NCBI RefSeq assembly: GCF_048976745.1
Contig: NZ_JBHGUU010000006.1
Coordinates: 1,519,395-1,551,394 of the forward strand
Length of the DNA stretch: 32,000 nucleotides
Origin: Paenibacillus sp.
GTDB lineage: Bacteria > Bacillota > Bacilli > Paenibacillales > Paenibacillaceae
Reading direction: 5' to 3'
Positions 8,788 to 16,951 of the stretch are shown in pieces. How positions within the stretch are numbered: position 1 is the first letter of the stretch; each line of letters begins with the position of its first letter. The notes under the pieces are model-generated. The model was not told the DNA's origin and did not search any database. It worked only from the letters and a program-made list of their open reading frames with translations. Made by a program: the position numbers and the translations under genes.

Positions 8788-8798
8788 TTTGTACTGTA

Positions 8799-10061
8799 CT
8801 AGGATTGAAGTTTAACCAGACTGTAATTCTTTTTACCTTTACGGATAATGATAAATTTACCGCCAATGGCATGCTCTGCGGACACCGTAAATTCAAGCTC
8901 CGTGATTTTCTCACCATTCATGGAGATTGCACCTTTGGTAACATCCTCACGCGCTTGGCGCTTGGATGGCTCCAGACCCAGATCCACGAGCCAGTCCACG
9001 ATATTTTTGGCTTCGCCGTCCGTCTCAAATGTTGGCATTTCCTTGAAACCCTGCTCGATTTCATCGGCTGTCAGGGAACGGATATCACCACTGAACAGCG
9101 CCGCTGTAATACGCTTAGCCTGTTCGAGCATTTCTTCCCCGTGAACGAATTTTGTCATTTCTTCCGCGAGTGCTTTCTGTGCTTCACGTCTGTGCGGCTC
9201 TGTCTCTACCTTTTCAGCCAAAGCTTCAATTTCTTCTTTGCTCAGGAAGGTAAAGTATTTCAAGTATTTGATCACGTCACGGTCATCTGTATTCGCCCAG
9301 AACTGGTAGAATTCAAATGGTGTCGTTTTGTTCGGATCAAGCCAGATTGCGCCGCCAGCTGTTTTACCAAATTTCGTACCGTCGGATTTGAGCATGAGCG
9401 GAATGGTCAGACCGTACGCCTTCGCTTCAGATCCTTCTTTTTTACGAATCAGATCAAGACCACTCGTGATATTCCCCCATTGATCGGAACCGCCGATTTG
9501 AAGCTGTACATCTTCGTTCTGGAACAGGTGCAGGTAGTCGAGGGATTGAAGGATCTGGTAGGAAAACTCGGTAAACGAGATTCCGCCTTCCAGTCTGCTC
9601 GCAACGACATCCTTAGCCAGCATGGTGTTGAGGTTAAAGTTTTTGCCGTAGTCACGCAAGAATTCAATGACATTGATTTTGTGCGTCCAATCGTAGTTGT
9701 TCACCATGCGAACCTGATTATCACCGTCTGTTACAAACAACTTCTTCATCTGTGCTGTCAGTGCATCCACATTCTCCTGCACTTGCTCCATCGTTTGCAA
9801 AGAACGTTCTGCCTGACGACCACTTGGATCACCAATCGTGCCTGTAGCTCCCCCAATCAGAATGACTGGACGATGTCCTGCCAGTTGAAACCGTTTCAGC
9901 ATCATGAAGGGAATGAGATGTCCGATATGCATGCTATCCCCCGTAGGGTCAACACCGCAGTACAAAGAAACGGACTTCGTTTCAGTCAATTCACGTAATC
10001 CCTCTGCATCCGTCTGCTGGTTAATGGCGTCACGCCACTGTAGTTCATCAATAATATTCAT
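8799..10061 (-). CDS. tyrS: Tyrosine--tRNA ligase
   Basis: 420 aa. HIGH motif (DSMHIGHLIP), KMSKS-type KFGKT, and a C-terminal S4-like domain. A Tyr T-box leader lies upstream. Confidence 0.97.
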   Translation of the reverse strand: MNIIDELQWRDAINQQTDAEGLRELTETKSVSLYCGVDPTGDSMHIGHLIPFMMLKRFQLAGHRPVILIGGATGTIGDPSGRQAERSLQTMEQVQENVDALTAQMKKLFVTDGDNQVRMVNNYDWTHKINVIEFLRDYGKNFNLNTMLAKDVVASRLEGGISFTEFSYQILQSLDYLHLFQNEDVQLQIGGSDQWGNITSGLDLIRKKEGSEAKAYGLTIPLMLKSDGTKFGKTAGGAIWLDPNKTTPFEFYQFWANTDDRDVIKYLKYFTFLSKEEIEALAEKVETEPHRREAQKALAEEMTKFVHGEEMLEQAKRITAALFSGDIRSLTADEIEQGFKEMPTFETDGEAKNIVDWLVDLGLEPSKRQAREDVTKGAISMNGEKITELEFTVSAEHAIGGKFIIIRKGKKNYSLVKLQS

Positions 10062-10148
10062 TCGTATAACCCCTTTTCCATCCTCAAAATTCAGTCATGA
10101 TCTACGTTAAATTACGAATTTACACGCTGGAACGGCTTTTTTGGACAC

Positions 10149-10397
10149 AAAAAAATCGCCTCCTTGTCTTCATTAGACACAGGGACGATTATCATAACCG
10201 TGGTACCACCCAAATTGCATGAACAACACATAACCTTAACACGTTATCCATACCACTTTTGGCAATATATCGTTTGCCCATCCGCTTGGCATTACCCAAG
10301 TACTCCAGAGTGTAATTCGCAGCCCTTGTATGTATCAGGTTCCATCAACCCCTGACTTTCTGTAACAGGGACAAAGCCGCTACTGCGCTCTATCAAC
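10149..10397 (-). promoter_or_regulatory. T-box riboswitch leader (Tyr specifier UAC) with terminator/antiterminator
   Basis: On the minus strand: T-box sequence AAUUUGGGUGGUACCACGG (10216-10198); terminator AUCGUCCCUGUGUCU-loop-AGACAAGGAGGCGAU plus U7 (10189-10149); stem I start GUUGAUAGAGCGCAGUA; specifier context GAAU-UAC-A with UAC at 10314-10312. Confidence 0.9.
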
Positions 10398-10414
10398 GTG
10401 ATTCATGTATTCAA

Positions 10415-10442
10415 TTTATAGCAAGTATAGCCGAACGTTCAA
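10415..10442 (-). promoter_or_regulatory. SigmaA-type promoter of the tyrS T-box leader
   Basis: On the minus strand, TTGAAC (10442-10437), a 16-nt spacer ending in TGC, then TATAAA (10420-10415), just upstream of the T-box stem I. Confidence 0.55.
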
Positions 10443-10503
10443 GTCATTGCAAGACCAAGTATGCAATCTTTGAACAAACAACGGATGCATAATTGAAACC
10501 AGT

Positions 10504-10962
10504 TTATATAATCATCATGTTCAATTTTCCGTGATAATAACCATAGGCTTTCTCCGCGATCTGATCCTCATTGTTCCAAAATTGCTGATCCAGCGCATCT
10601 AACTGATCCTCTTGTTCCTTTGTCAGTAATTTAGGAATATTCCACAGTTCAGTAAGCCTTTCATCCTCTTTCAGATGCTCCAAGCAGCCGTATGCTGACG
10701 TTATAATCTCCACGACTTGAGTCGCACCAATGGTATGTAATGCCCGCAACGCGTAACGGTATACCTCTTCCCCCCAGTTGCAGAAAAACTGAATCAAACC
10801 GCCATTAAAGACATCTGCCTCCAATAGCCATAGAGCAGCAATTTCCTGCTCGTTCAAAGTTAACGAAGCCCATTCTTGTCCAGATTCATTCTTTTTTTCG
10901 ACAAATGATACGGCATAGTCATACCAGACATCATGGATATCTTGCTCACTCACGTGCCACAC
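10504..10962 (-). CDS. DUF4375 / DMP19-like (DNA-mimic or immunity-type) small acidic protein
   Basis: 152-aa acidic ORF. The block LLEADVFNGGLIQFFCNWGEE matches the conserved NGG..QFF core I recall for DUF4375/DMP19. Start is GTG at 10962 or GTG at 10953; the latter has GAGGTG 6 nt upstream. It lies 11 nt after the upstream gene's stop. Confidence 0.6.
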   Translation of the reverse strand: MWHVSEQDIHDVWYDYAVSFVEKKNESGQEWASLTLNEQEIAALWLLEADVFNGGLIQFFCNWGEEVYRYALRALHTIGATQVVEIITSAYGCLEHLKEDERLTELWNIPKLLTKEQEDQLDALDQQFWNNEDQIAEKAYGYYHGKLNMMII

Positions 10963-10973
10963 CTCACTTTTCC

Positions 10974-11426
10974 CTATTTCATGCCCTCTAACTCCTGGCG
11001 TTTACCCGTCTGATGCCATTGGAAATACGGATCACCGATCTGTTGGAAGGCTTCCTGCATGCCCCTGTTCAGTTCCTCCATCACTTCATCTGAATAGTTC
11101 AGATGCGTCCGTATATTATCCACGCCATGTCTTTCCATCAATTGTACATGCGTCGCAGTGAAAATAATATCCTCCAGCAACCAGTAGATGACTTCGTCTG
11201 ACTGTTTCATCCGTTTCTCCAACGAGACGAGACCACGTTCGTATATTCGAACCGTATATGTATTTTTTCCGCTCTCTACATAGGGGACACCATCCCATTT
11301 TAAGGTCTCGAACAAGCGGTTAACATATTTCTCCATCTGTTCCCTGGGGAAAGATGTTCGTTCTAACAACTGCAAAAGGATCTCAGCTAATTGTTGTTTG
11401 CTTAAGATGTTGGACAATGAATACAC
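10974..11426 (-). CDS. Hypothetical small cytoplasmic protein, Imm63-like (polymorphic-toxin immunity type)
   Basis: 150 aa. The block DGVPYVESGKNTYTVRIYERG...R...SDEVIYWLLEDIIFTAT resembles the DG.PYIE..G..Y.Y...ERG..E.R...D.DELLYW...D.TF pattern I associate with Imm63. Start is GTG at 11426 or TTG at 11417; the latter has AGGTG 6 nt upstream. Confidence 0.5.
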   Translation of the reverse strand: MYSLSNILSKQQLAEILLQLLERTSFPREQMEKYVNRLFETLKWDGVPYVESGKNTYTVRIYERGLVSLEKRMKQSDEVIYWLLEDIIFTATHVQLMERHGVDNIRTHLNYSDEVMEELNRGMQEAFQQIGDPYFQWHQTGKRQELEGMK

Positions 11427-11465
11427 CTGCCTATAGAAGTAACATCGATGATGATATCTAAAAAA

Positions 11466-11494
11466 TGAAAAAGCTGCCCAAGGCAGCCTTTTCT
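11466..11494 (-). terminator. Terminator downstream of selO
   Basis: GCUGCC-uug-GGCAGC hairpin (11473-11487) with a U-rich 3' flank on the minus strand (CUUUUUCAUUUUUU). Confidence 0.65.
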
Positions 11495-11508
11495 TTCATC
11501 CTGTTCAA

Positions 11509-12978
11509 TCAGGTCCCACAAAAAGTCTGGTACGAAGTATTGCATTGTGCAGGTAGTTCAGCATATTCAGCCTGTTCGGGTGAATGCGCAAATGGATCTG
11601 AAAGAACAGCCAAAAGCTTCTGCATCACGCTAAGATCTCCATGATTCTCTGCTCGCTCAAGCGCCTCTTCGACCCGATGATTGCGGGGAATGACGGCTGG
11701 ATTGTTTGTTCGCATCAACTGTACAGAGACTTCCTTCTCTCCTTGCTGTCTGTCCAATCTGGCTTGCCAACGTTCATGCCATTCAGCAAATTCTGACGTG
11801 CCAAACCAAGCTGTTCCTTCCAATGTATCAAAGGTCAAAGCCAGGAACGTATTGGTGTAATCTGCACCATGCTTCTCCATAAGTTCAAGAAGATCCTTGA
11901 TCAATGCCTCATCTTCGGCCTCTTCATCCAATAAGCCCAGTTTGGCACGCATCCCCTTGAGCCAGTGATGATGGTACAATTCAGAAAATTGTGCGATGGC
12001 ATCCTGCGCGAGTTGCACCGCCTGCTCTTCATCTTCATGCAACAACGGCAGAAGTGTCTCCGCAAATCGAGCCAAATTCCATCCTGCAATATAAGGTTGA
12101 TTGCCATAAGCATAGCGACCTTGTCTGTCAATGGAGCTAAATACCGTTGACGGATTGTAAACATCCATAAAGGCGCATGGACCATAATCAATGGTCTCAC
12201 CACTAATGGCCATGTTATCGGTGTTCATCACACCATGAATGAAACCAATACGCTGCCACTGGGCAATGAGAGCCGCCTGCCGCTTAATCACTTCCTGAAG
12301 GAGCAGAAGATAACAATTTTCGGCTTGAGCAACCTCAGGAAAATGTCGATGCAACGTGTAATCAGCCAACGCCCGAAGATCTTCTATAGACCCCCATCTT
12401 GCTGCGTACTGAAAGGTGGCCACCCTGATATGACTCGAAGCCACACGGGTCAAGATCGCCCCAGGCCGCTCTGTTTCGCGAATAATGTTTTCTCCAGTAG
12501 ACACCACCGCCAGACTGCGTGTTGTGGGAATACCGAGTGCATACATCGCTTCACTAATGATATATTCACGCAACATAGGCCCTACAGCAGCCCGTCCATC
12601 TCCACCACGGGAGTAGGGTGTTCTTCCTGAACCTTTCAGCTGGATATCCACTCGCTCGCCCTGTGGCGTAATCTGTTCTCCCAGCAGCAAAGCCCGTCCA
12701 TCACCAAGCATGTTAAAATTGCCGAATTGATGTCCTGCGTAGGCTTGAGCTAAGGGCTCGGCCCCTTCCGGAATCAGGTTCCCTGCAAAAATTTGTGCGC
12801 CTTCATCACTATCAAGAGATTCCACATTCAGCCCCAGACTGGATGCAAGCAGTCTATTAAAAATGATTAGCTTTGGTGATTCAACAGGTACTGCGCCCTG
12901 ACTTGTAAAAAAGGGTTGCGGTAACTGCGCATAACTATTGTCCAAATTCCAGCCTTTGTTCGACGTCTCTTGTTGCAT
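11509..12978 (-). CDS. selO: Protein adenylyltransferase SelO (YdiU/UPF0061 pseudokinase-fold AMPylase)
   Basis: Family blocks [47 protein letters not shown] and IDYGP. Cys-containing C-terminus (..QTFCGT). Start moved to the ATG at 12978 (AAAGGAG 11 nt upstream); the GTG at 12987 is only 2 nt from the SD. Confidence 0.92.
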   Translation of the reverse strand: MQQETSNKGWNLDNSYAQLPQPFFTSQGAVPVESPKLIIFNRLLASSLGLNVESLDSDEGAQIFAGNLIPEGAEPLAQAYAGHQFGNFNMLGDGRALLLGEQITPQGERVDIQLKGSGRTPYSRGGDGRAAVGPMLREYIISEAMYALGIPTTRSLAVVSTGENIIRETERPGAILTRVASSHIRVATFQYAARWGSIEDLRALADYTLHRHFPEVAQAENCYLLLLQEVIKRQAALIAQWQRIGFIHGVMNTDNMAISGETIDYGPCAFMDVYNPSTVFSSIDRQGRYAYGNQPYIAGWNLARFAETLLPLLHEDEEQAVQLAQDAIAQFSELYHHHWLKGMRAKLGLLDEEAEDEALIKDLLELMEKHGADYTNTFLALTFDTLEGTAWFGTSEFAEWHERWQARLDRQQGEKEVSVQLMRTNNPAVIPRNHRVEEALERAENHGDLSVMQKLLAVLSDPFAHSPEQAEYAELPAQCNTSYQTFCGT

Positions 12979-13321
12979 GGTGCTCACAACTCCTTTTCTG
13001 TATCCAGGGGATATCCCTTGGTTTTATTTTAGCCTTGTGAAGCAATGCTCATTTATGTAGTCGCATGGAAATTCAATTCAAAAGGTTGTTGACTTAAACG
13101 AACATCTAAAATGTTCTTGATGAAACTTTAGCATATTTACATCCCTTTTGCATTCCTCATGAACAGTAACTTTGATGTGGGAACTAACTCATCGTAGGTT
13201 TGACAAAAAAAATCCAAGTGGCCTCTCTGGCAAGTGGAGTCAATTCCTTTCATTCCACTTCCCAGAAAAACCGTCTTGGATCTACTCCGTCTACACGATG
13301 ACATGTATGTTATTTCAAGAA

Positions 13322-14638
13322 TTACGTGTGTGCTTCCTGAACCTGTACGGGTTGTACAGGCAAGCTTTCTTTTTTGAAACCGAGGTTAAAGAACACATTG
13401 AGCAGGATCGCTGACAAGCTTCCTGTAATAATACCGTCACTCACAATGATGCGAATACTTTGAGGAAGCTGGGCAAACAGATCGGGTACAGCGGTAACGC
13501 CAAGTCCAAGAGAAACGGAGCAAGCCACGATTAACAGATTGGATTGTTTGCCAAAGTCGACGTTTTGCAGCATTTTGATCCCGGATGAGACGACCATCCC
13601 GAACAGGACAACCGTCGCTCCTCCGAGGACAGCACTTGGAATAATGGTTGCAAAAGCAGCTACCTTTGGAATGAGTCCCAGAAAGATCAGAATACCTCCG
13701 GCTGCAACAACAACATTGGTCGTTTTCACCTTCGAGAGCTGAACCAAACCAACATTCTGTGCAAAGGTATTGTATGGAAAAGCATTAAATATGCCGCCGA
13801 GAATAAACGCGAGACCTTCAGCTCGATATCCCCGTGCCAGATCTTTCTCGTTAATGGGTTGATCACAGATTTTGCTCAAAGCCATAAATACACCTGTTGA
13901 TTCGATGATCACAACCGTACCTACAATAATCATTGTAATGATCGGGCCAATTTCGAAGGTAGGCCATCCGAAGTAAAAGGGTTGGGGCAAATGGAACCAG
14001 GAGGCATCCTGCACAGCGGTAAAATTCACTTTTCCCATGAAGGCTGCGATGAGGGTCCCCACAATAATGCCAAGGAGAACAGCCAGGGATTTCACAAAAC
14101 CGCGAGCATATCGATTCAGAATTAGAATGAAAAGTAATACGCCAAAAGATAAGGCCAAATTGTCCAAACTTCCAAAATTCTCGCTGTTTGCTCCACCCGC
14201 CATGTTTTTAATGCCGGTTGGAATTAAAGCAAGACCGATGATGGTTACCACTGTACCGATCACAACGGGTGGAAACAATTTGACGATTTTGCTGAAAAAC
14301 ACGGCAAAGATGACGATAAACAAACCCGCTGCAATGATCGACCCATATATGGCAGGAATTCCGTATTGCGATCCAATCGCAATCATGGGTGTCACGGCTA
14401 CAAAAGAACTTCCGAGCACCGCTGGCAAGCCAATACCCAGATACTTCCCTTTCCGAGCCTGAAGCCAGGTTGCAATCCCGCACGTTAACAGGTCAATGGA
14501 TACCAGATACGCCAACTGCTCTGCCGTCAGATTTAGTGCTCTGCCCACAAGCAAAGGTACCAGAATTGCTCCCGCATACATCGCGAGTACATGCTGAATC
14601 CCCAGTGAAAATACTCTCATCTTTTTCGTTTCTTTCAT
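13322..14638 (-). CDS. pbuX: NCS2 family nucleobase:cation symporter, xanthine permease PbuX-like
   Basis: Close block-by-block resemblance to B. subtilis PbuX as recalled (LGIQHVLAMYAGAI.VPL.VG, GIGLP.VLG..F.AV.PMIAIG, PPVV.G.VVTIIG, YRAEGLA..LGGIFNAFPY..F.QNVGLVQL, IIPSAVLGGA). It does not resemble PyrP. Start set at MKETKKM (14638). Confidence 0.85.
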   Translation of the reverse strand: MKETKKMRVFSLGIQHVLAMYAGAILVPLLVGRALNLTAEQLAYLVSIDLLTCGIATWLQARKGKYLGIGLPAVLGSSFVAVTPMIAIGSQYGIPAIYGSIIAAGLFIVIFAVFFSKIVKLFPPVVIGTVVTIIGLALIPTGIKNMAGGANSENFGSLDNLALSFGVLLFILILNRYARGFVKSLAVLLGIIVGTLIAAFMGKVNFTAVQDASWFHLPQPFYFGWPTFEIGPIITMIIVGTVVIIESTGVFMALSKICDQPINEKDLARGYRAEGLAFILGGIFNAFPYNTFAQNVGLVQLSKVKTTNVVVAAGGILIFLGLIPKVAAFATIIPSAVLGGATVVLFGMVVSSGIKMLQNVDFGKQSNLLIVACSVSLGLGVTAVPDLFAQLPQSIRIIVSDGIITGSLSAILLNVFFNLGFKKESLPVQPVQVQEAHT

Positions 14639-14952
14639 CCCACGTTGCCCCCCTGAAATTAGAATCAACTGAACCGCTGCAAAATCATGTTATGTTGATT
14701 CACATTATATAAATTATTCAGGGAAGTTCCATGATTCATAACATAGAATTGTGACAAGAGATAAAGAGCACAACTATAATTGGGCATCTTATACAAAAGG
14801 CACTCTCATACCGTTTAATCGGCGTTATGTTAGCTGACACAGAAAATTTGAAAGTGCGCTTTGACAGCCAAAGAAAAGAAAGATCAATGAGCAGTTCACT
14901 TCAATTATTCATGTAAAAATATAACTTCTGGACATCACTTTATTTCATATTC

Positions 14953-15738
14953 TCAGCTTGTCCAGTTGAGAGGCTTAATGTTAAAACGTTGCTCCATGAC
15001 CTCTCCGTTCTGGTGAACCATCTCCGTGAAACACACTTCTTCTCTGTTCATCAGAACAACGGATGAAGCTCTGGTCCCATAGTCGAATTTCTCACTTCTA
15101 ACGAAGATGGGTGATAACAAACGTTCCCACTCCAATGGAACACCTGTATGAGGCAGAAGTTCGTCGACGGAAGGATCTGCCATTTGCAGCAAACCTAATA
15201 TTTGTTCAGCAAGAGTATCTTCGTCCACGTTTTTCCCTTGGATAATTTTCTCCAGCCCTTCTCTCCCACGTTTCACCTTGGGCCAATCTGTATTGATCAA
15301 GTGATTACTAATCCCGTATATTCCCGGTTTCAACTTCATCACGACATTACCCACATTCGAATAATAATAGAGGTTCTCCGGATTACCCACTAACAAATTG
15401 TAGCCAGGATAATGATCTCGGCTTTGCTCCGCATGTTGGATATATTGCTCAGGTGTGGACGTTCCCTTTAAAAAGTCAGCAACCAGATCTCCTCTTGAGC
15501 CCTTGGCATGCACCTCTTCATTCGGATCACGATAATTCGTAACTGCAGCCAGACGCCCACCGGTGGTTACGCCCATCCAAGTTCCCATTTTTGACAAGTC
15601 TCGCCCTGCCAATATTTGAGGGTAATCTTCCCAATAATGTGCTTGAGCCGTAGGTCTGTGATAGAATTCATCTCTGTTTGATCCCAGTATAAGCGGATAC
15701 GTTGGATGCATGTTGTACGCAAATAAAATTAAACACAT
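14953..15738 (-). CDS. NRDE family protein (DUF833, TANGO2 homologue)
   Basis: Start set at MCLILFAY, the N-terminal Met-Cys typical of this Ntn-hydrolase-like family, followed by the GSNRDEF motif. GGAG lies 12 nt upstream. The track start is a TTG abutting the SD. Confidence 0.8.
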   Translation of the reverse strand: MCLILFAYNMHPTYPLILGSNRDEFYHRPTAQAHYWEDYPQILAGRDLSKMGTWMGVTTGGRLAAVTNYRDPNEEVHAKGSRGDLVADFLKGTSTPEQYIQHAEQSRDHYPGYNLLVGNPENLYYYSNVGNVVMKLKPGIYGISNHLINTDWPKVKRGREGLEKIIQGKNVDEDTLAEQILGLLQMADPSVDELLPHTGVPLEWERLLSPIFVRSEKFDYGTRASSVVLMNREEVCFTEMVHQNGEVMEQRFNIKPLNWTS

Positions 15739-15784
15739 GGGAATCTTCAACTCCTATAGTCGTCAAACCTCTATAATTGCAGCT

Positions 15785-16084
15785 TTATATCGCATAATCA
15801 ACGACAATGACATCTTCCACCCAACCATCGAGTGAAGCTACAAATGCCTGATGGGCAGGATGTGGTCCATAAGCACGCAGTCCGTCCTGATCTGCAAACG
15901 TCACTCTCAATCCAATCGTATAACCTTGAATACGGTCTGTTTCTTCCGTTACATTAATCCCTGCGGTCAACGCGATAATCCCCGGGATTTGTTCCTGTAA
16001 AGCGAGCAACTGGTCCACCAGCTCCTGCTGTTTGGCTAGCGTAGTTTTATCGTTAAATTTAAAAACAACCAAATGTTCAATCAT
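15785..16084 (-). CDS. Dabb (stress-responsive alpha/beta barrel) domain protein
   Basis: 99 aa, MIEHLVVFKF..; family end pattern ..HP.H..F......V....VVDY. SD GAGGAG 8 nt upstream of the ATG at 16084. Confidence 0.8.
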   Translation of the reverse strand: MIEHLVVFKFNDKTTLAKQQELVDQLLALQEQIPGIIALTAGINVTEETDRIQGYTIGLRVTFADQDGLRAYGPHPAHQAFVASLDGWVEDVIVVDYAI

Positions 16085-16149
16085 CTTGTCACTTCTCCTC
16101 TGTCCATCGAATAGTAATGCGATTTCATTCATGAAGTTAACTCATCAAG

Positions 16150-16731
16150 TTAATTCAACAATTCCAATCCGCCCATCATATAGGGAACAACTCGCTGAGC
16201 CAAGTCAGCAGGCGATTCCTGTCTTCCATCCATATTCCAACGATACGTCATTCCATAGATCGACCAGCTTAGCATGGTTGCCGTTATTTTCAGCGTTTTG
16301 AGATCTACACGCTTCGCCACTTTGCTCATGAGTTCAAGCAGAAATTGTTCCAGCTGTGTTTTAATGTTTTCTTCAATTATCGGTGCAACCGTCTCATATT
16401 TCTTGATGCAATTATTGCTTGAGACGTGATAATCACATAATGAAAATATAAGTTGCTGTATCGTTTCTGCTGATATCCGGGCATCCGGGTCTACCCTTTT
16501 CGTAACATATTCCATAAAAGCATCTGATAACAAGGCTTCAAGCAGTGCATATTTATCCTGAAAATGGGCGTAAAATGTGGCTCTGTTAATTGTGGCTTGT
16601 TCCGTAATATTCTGAATCGTAATGCTGTTGAAATTTTTAAGATTTAATTGGTGCAAAAACGCATCAAGGATTAATTGCCGAGTGCGAATGACACGCGGAT
16701 CGTTCGAGTTTGGAGACAATACACCGGACAT
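16150..16731 (-). CDS. TetR/AcrR family transcriptional regulator
   Basis: N-terminal HTH (TRQLILDAFLHQLNLKNFNSITIQNITEQATINRATFYAHFQDKYALL). Start moved to the ATG at 16731 with SD AAGGAGGA 7 nt upstream. Confidence 0.9.
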   Translation of the reverse strand: MSGVLSPNSNDPRVIRTRQLILDAFLHQLNLKNFNSITIQNITEQATINRATFYAHFQDKYALLEALLSDAFMEYVTKRVDPDARISAETIQQLIFSLCDYHVSSNNCIKKYETVAPIIEENIKTQLEQFLLELMSKVAKRVDLKTLKITATMLSWSIYGMTYRWNMDGRQESPADLAQRVVPYMMGGLELLN

Positions 16732-16951
16732 GTCCCAATCCTCCTTTGTACACAACATATTTGCCTAGACTCCTTCATTATAGATAAGTGCTATTGGTTC
16801 AACAAGTGAAAGTAAGTGCAAAGACACCATACAATAATCCGTGTCTTTCGCTTAAGCAACAAAACAATAAAACTGTTGGTTGAGTAGGCTTGTTGGGATT
16901 GTTAACATAGCACTCGTACCCACTGAGAGGTACAACATAATGGAGGTGCAT

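Noticed and set aside
8592-9998. 468-aa plus-strand ORF
   Set aside because: It is entirely antisense to tyrS, whose HIGH and KMSKS motifs and T-box leader are unambiguous. The composition is Cys/Phe/Arg-rich and low-complexity, and there is no SD.
13218-13229. GCCAGAGAGGCC as a genuine PyrR attenuator site
   Set aside because: The core 9-mer matches, but it sits 9 nt from the U tract rather than in an upstream anti-antiterminator. The flanking genes (PbuX-like permease, selO) are not pyrimidine genes. A chance 9-mer match is plausible. It is kept only as a low-interest note in the findings.
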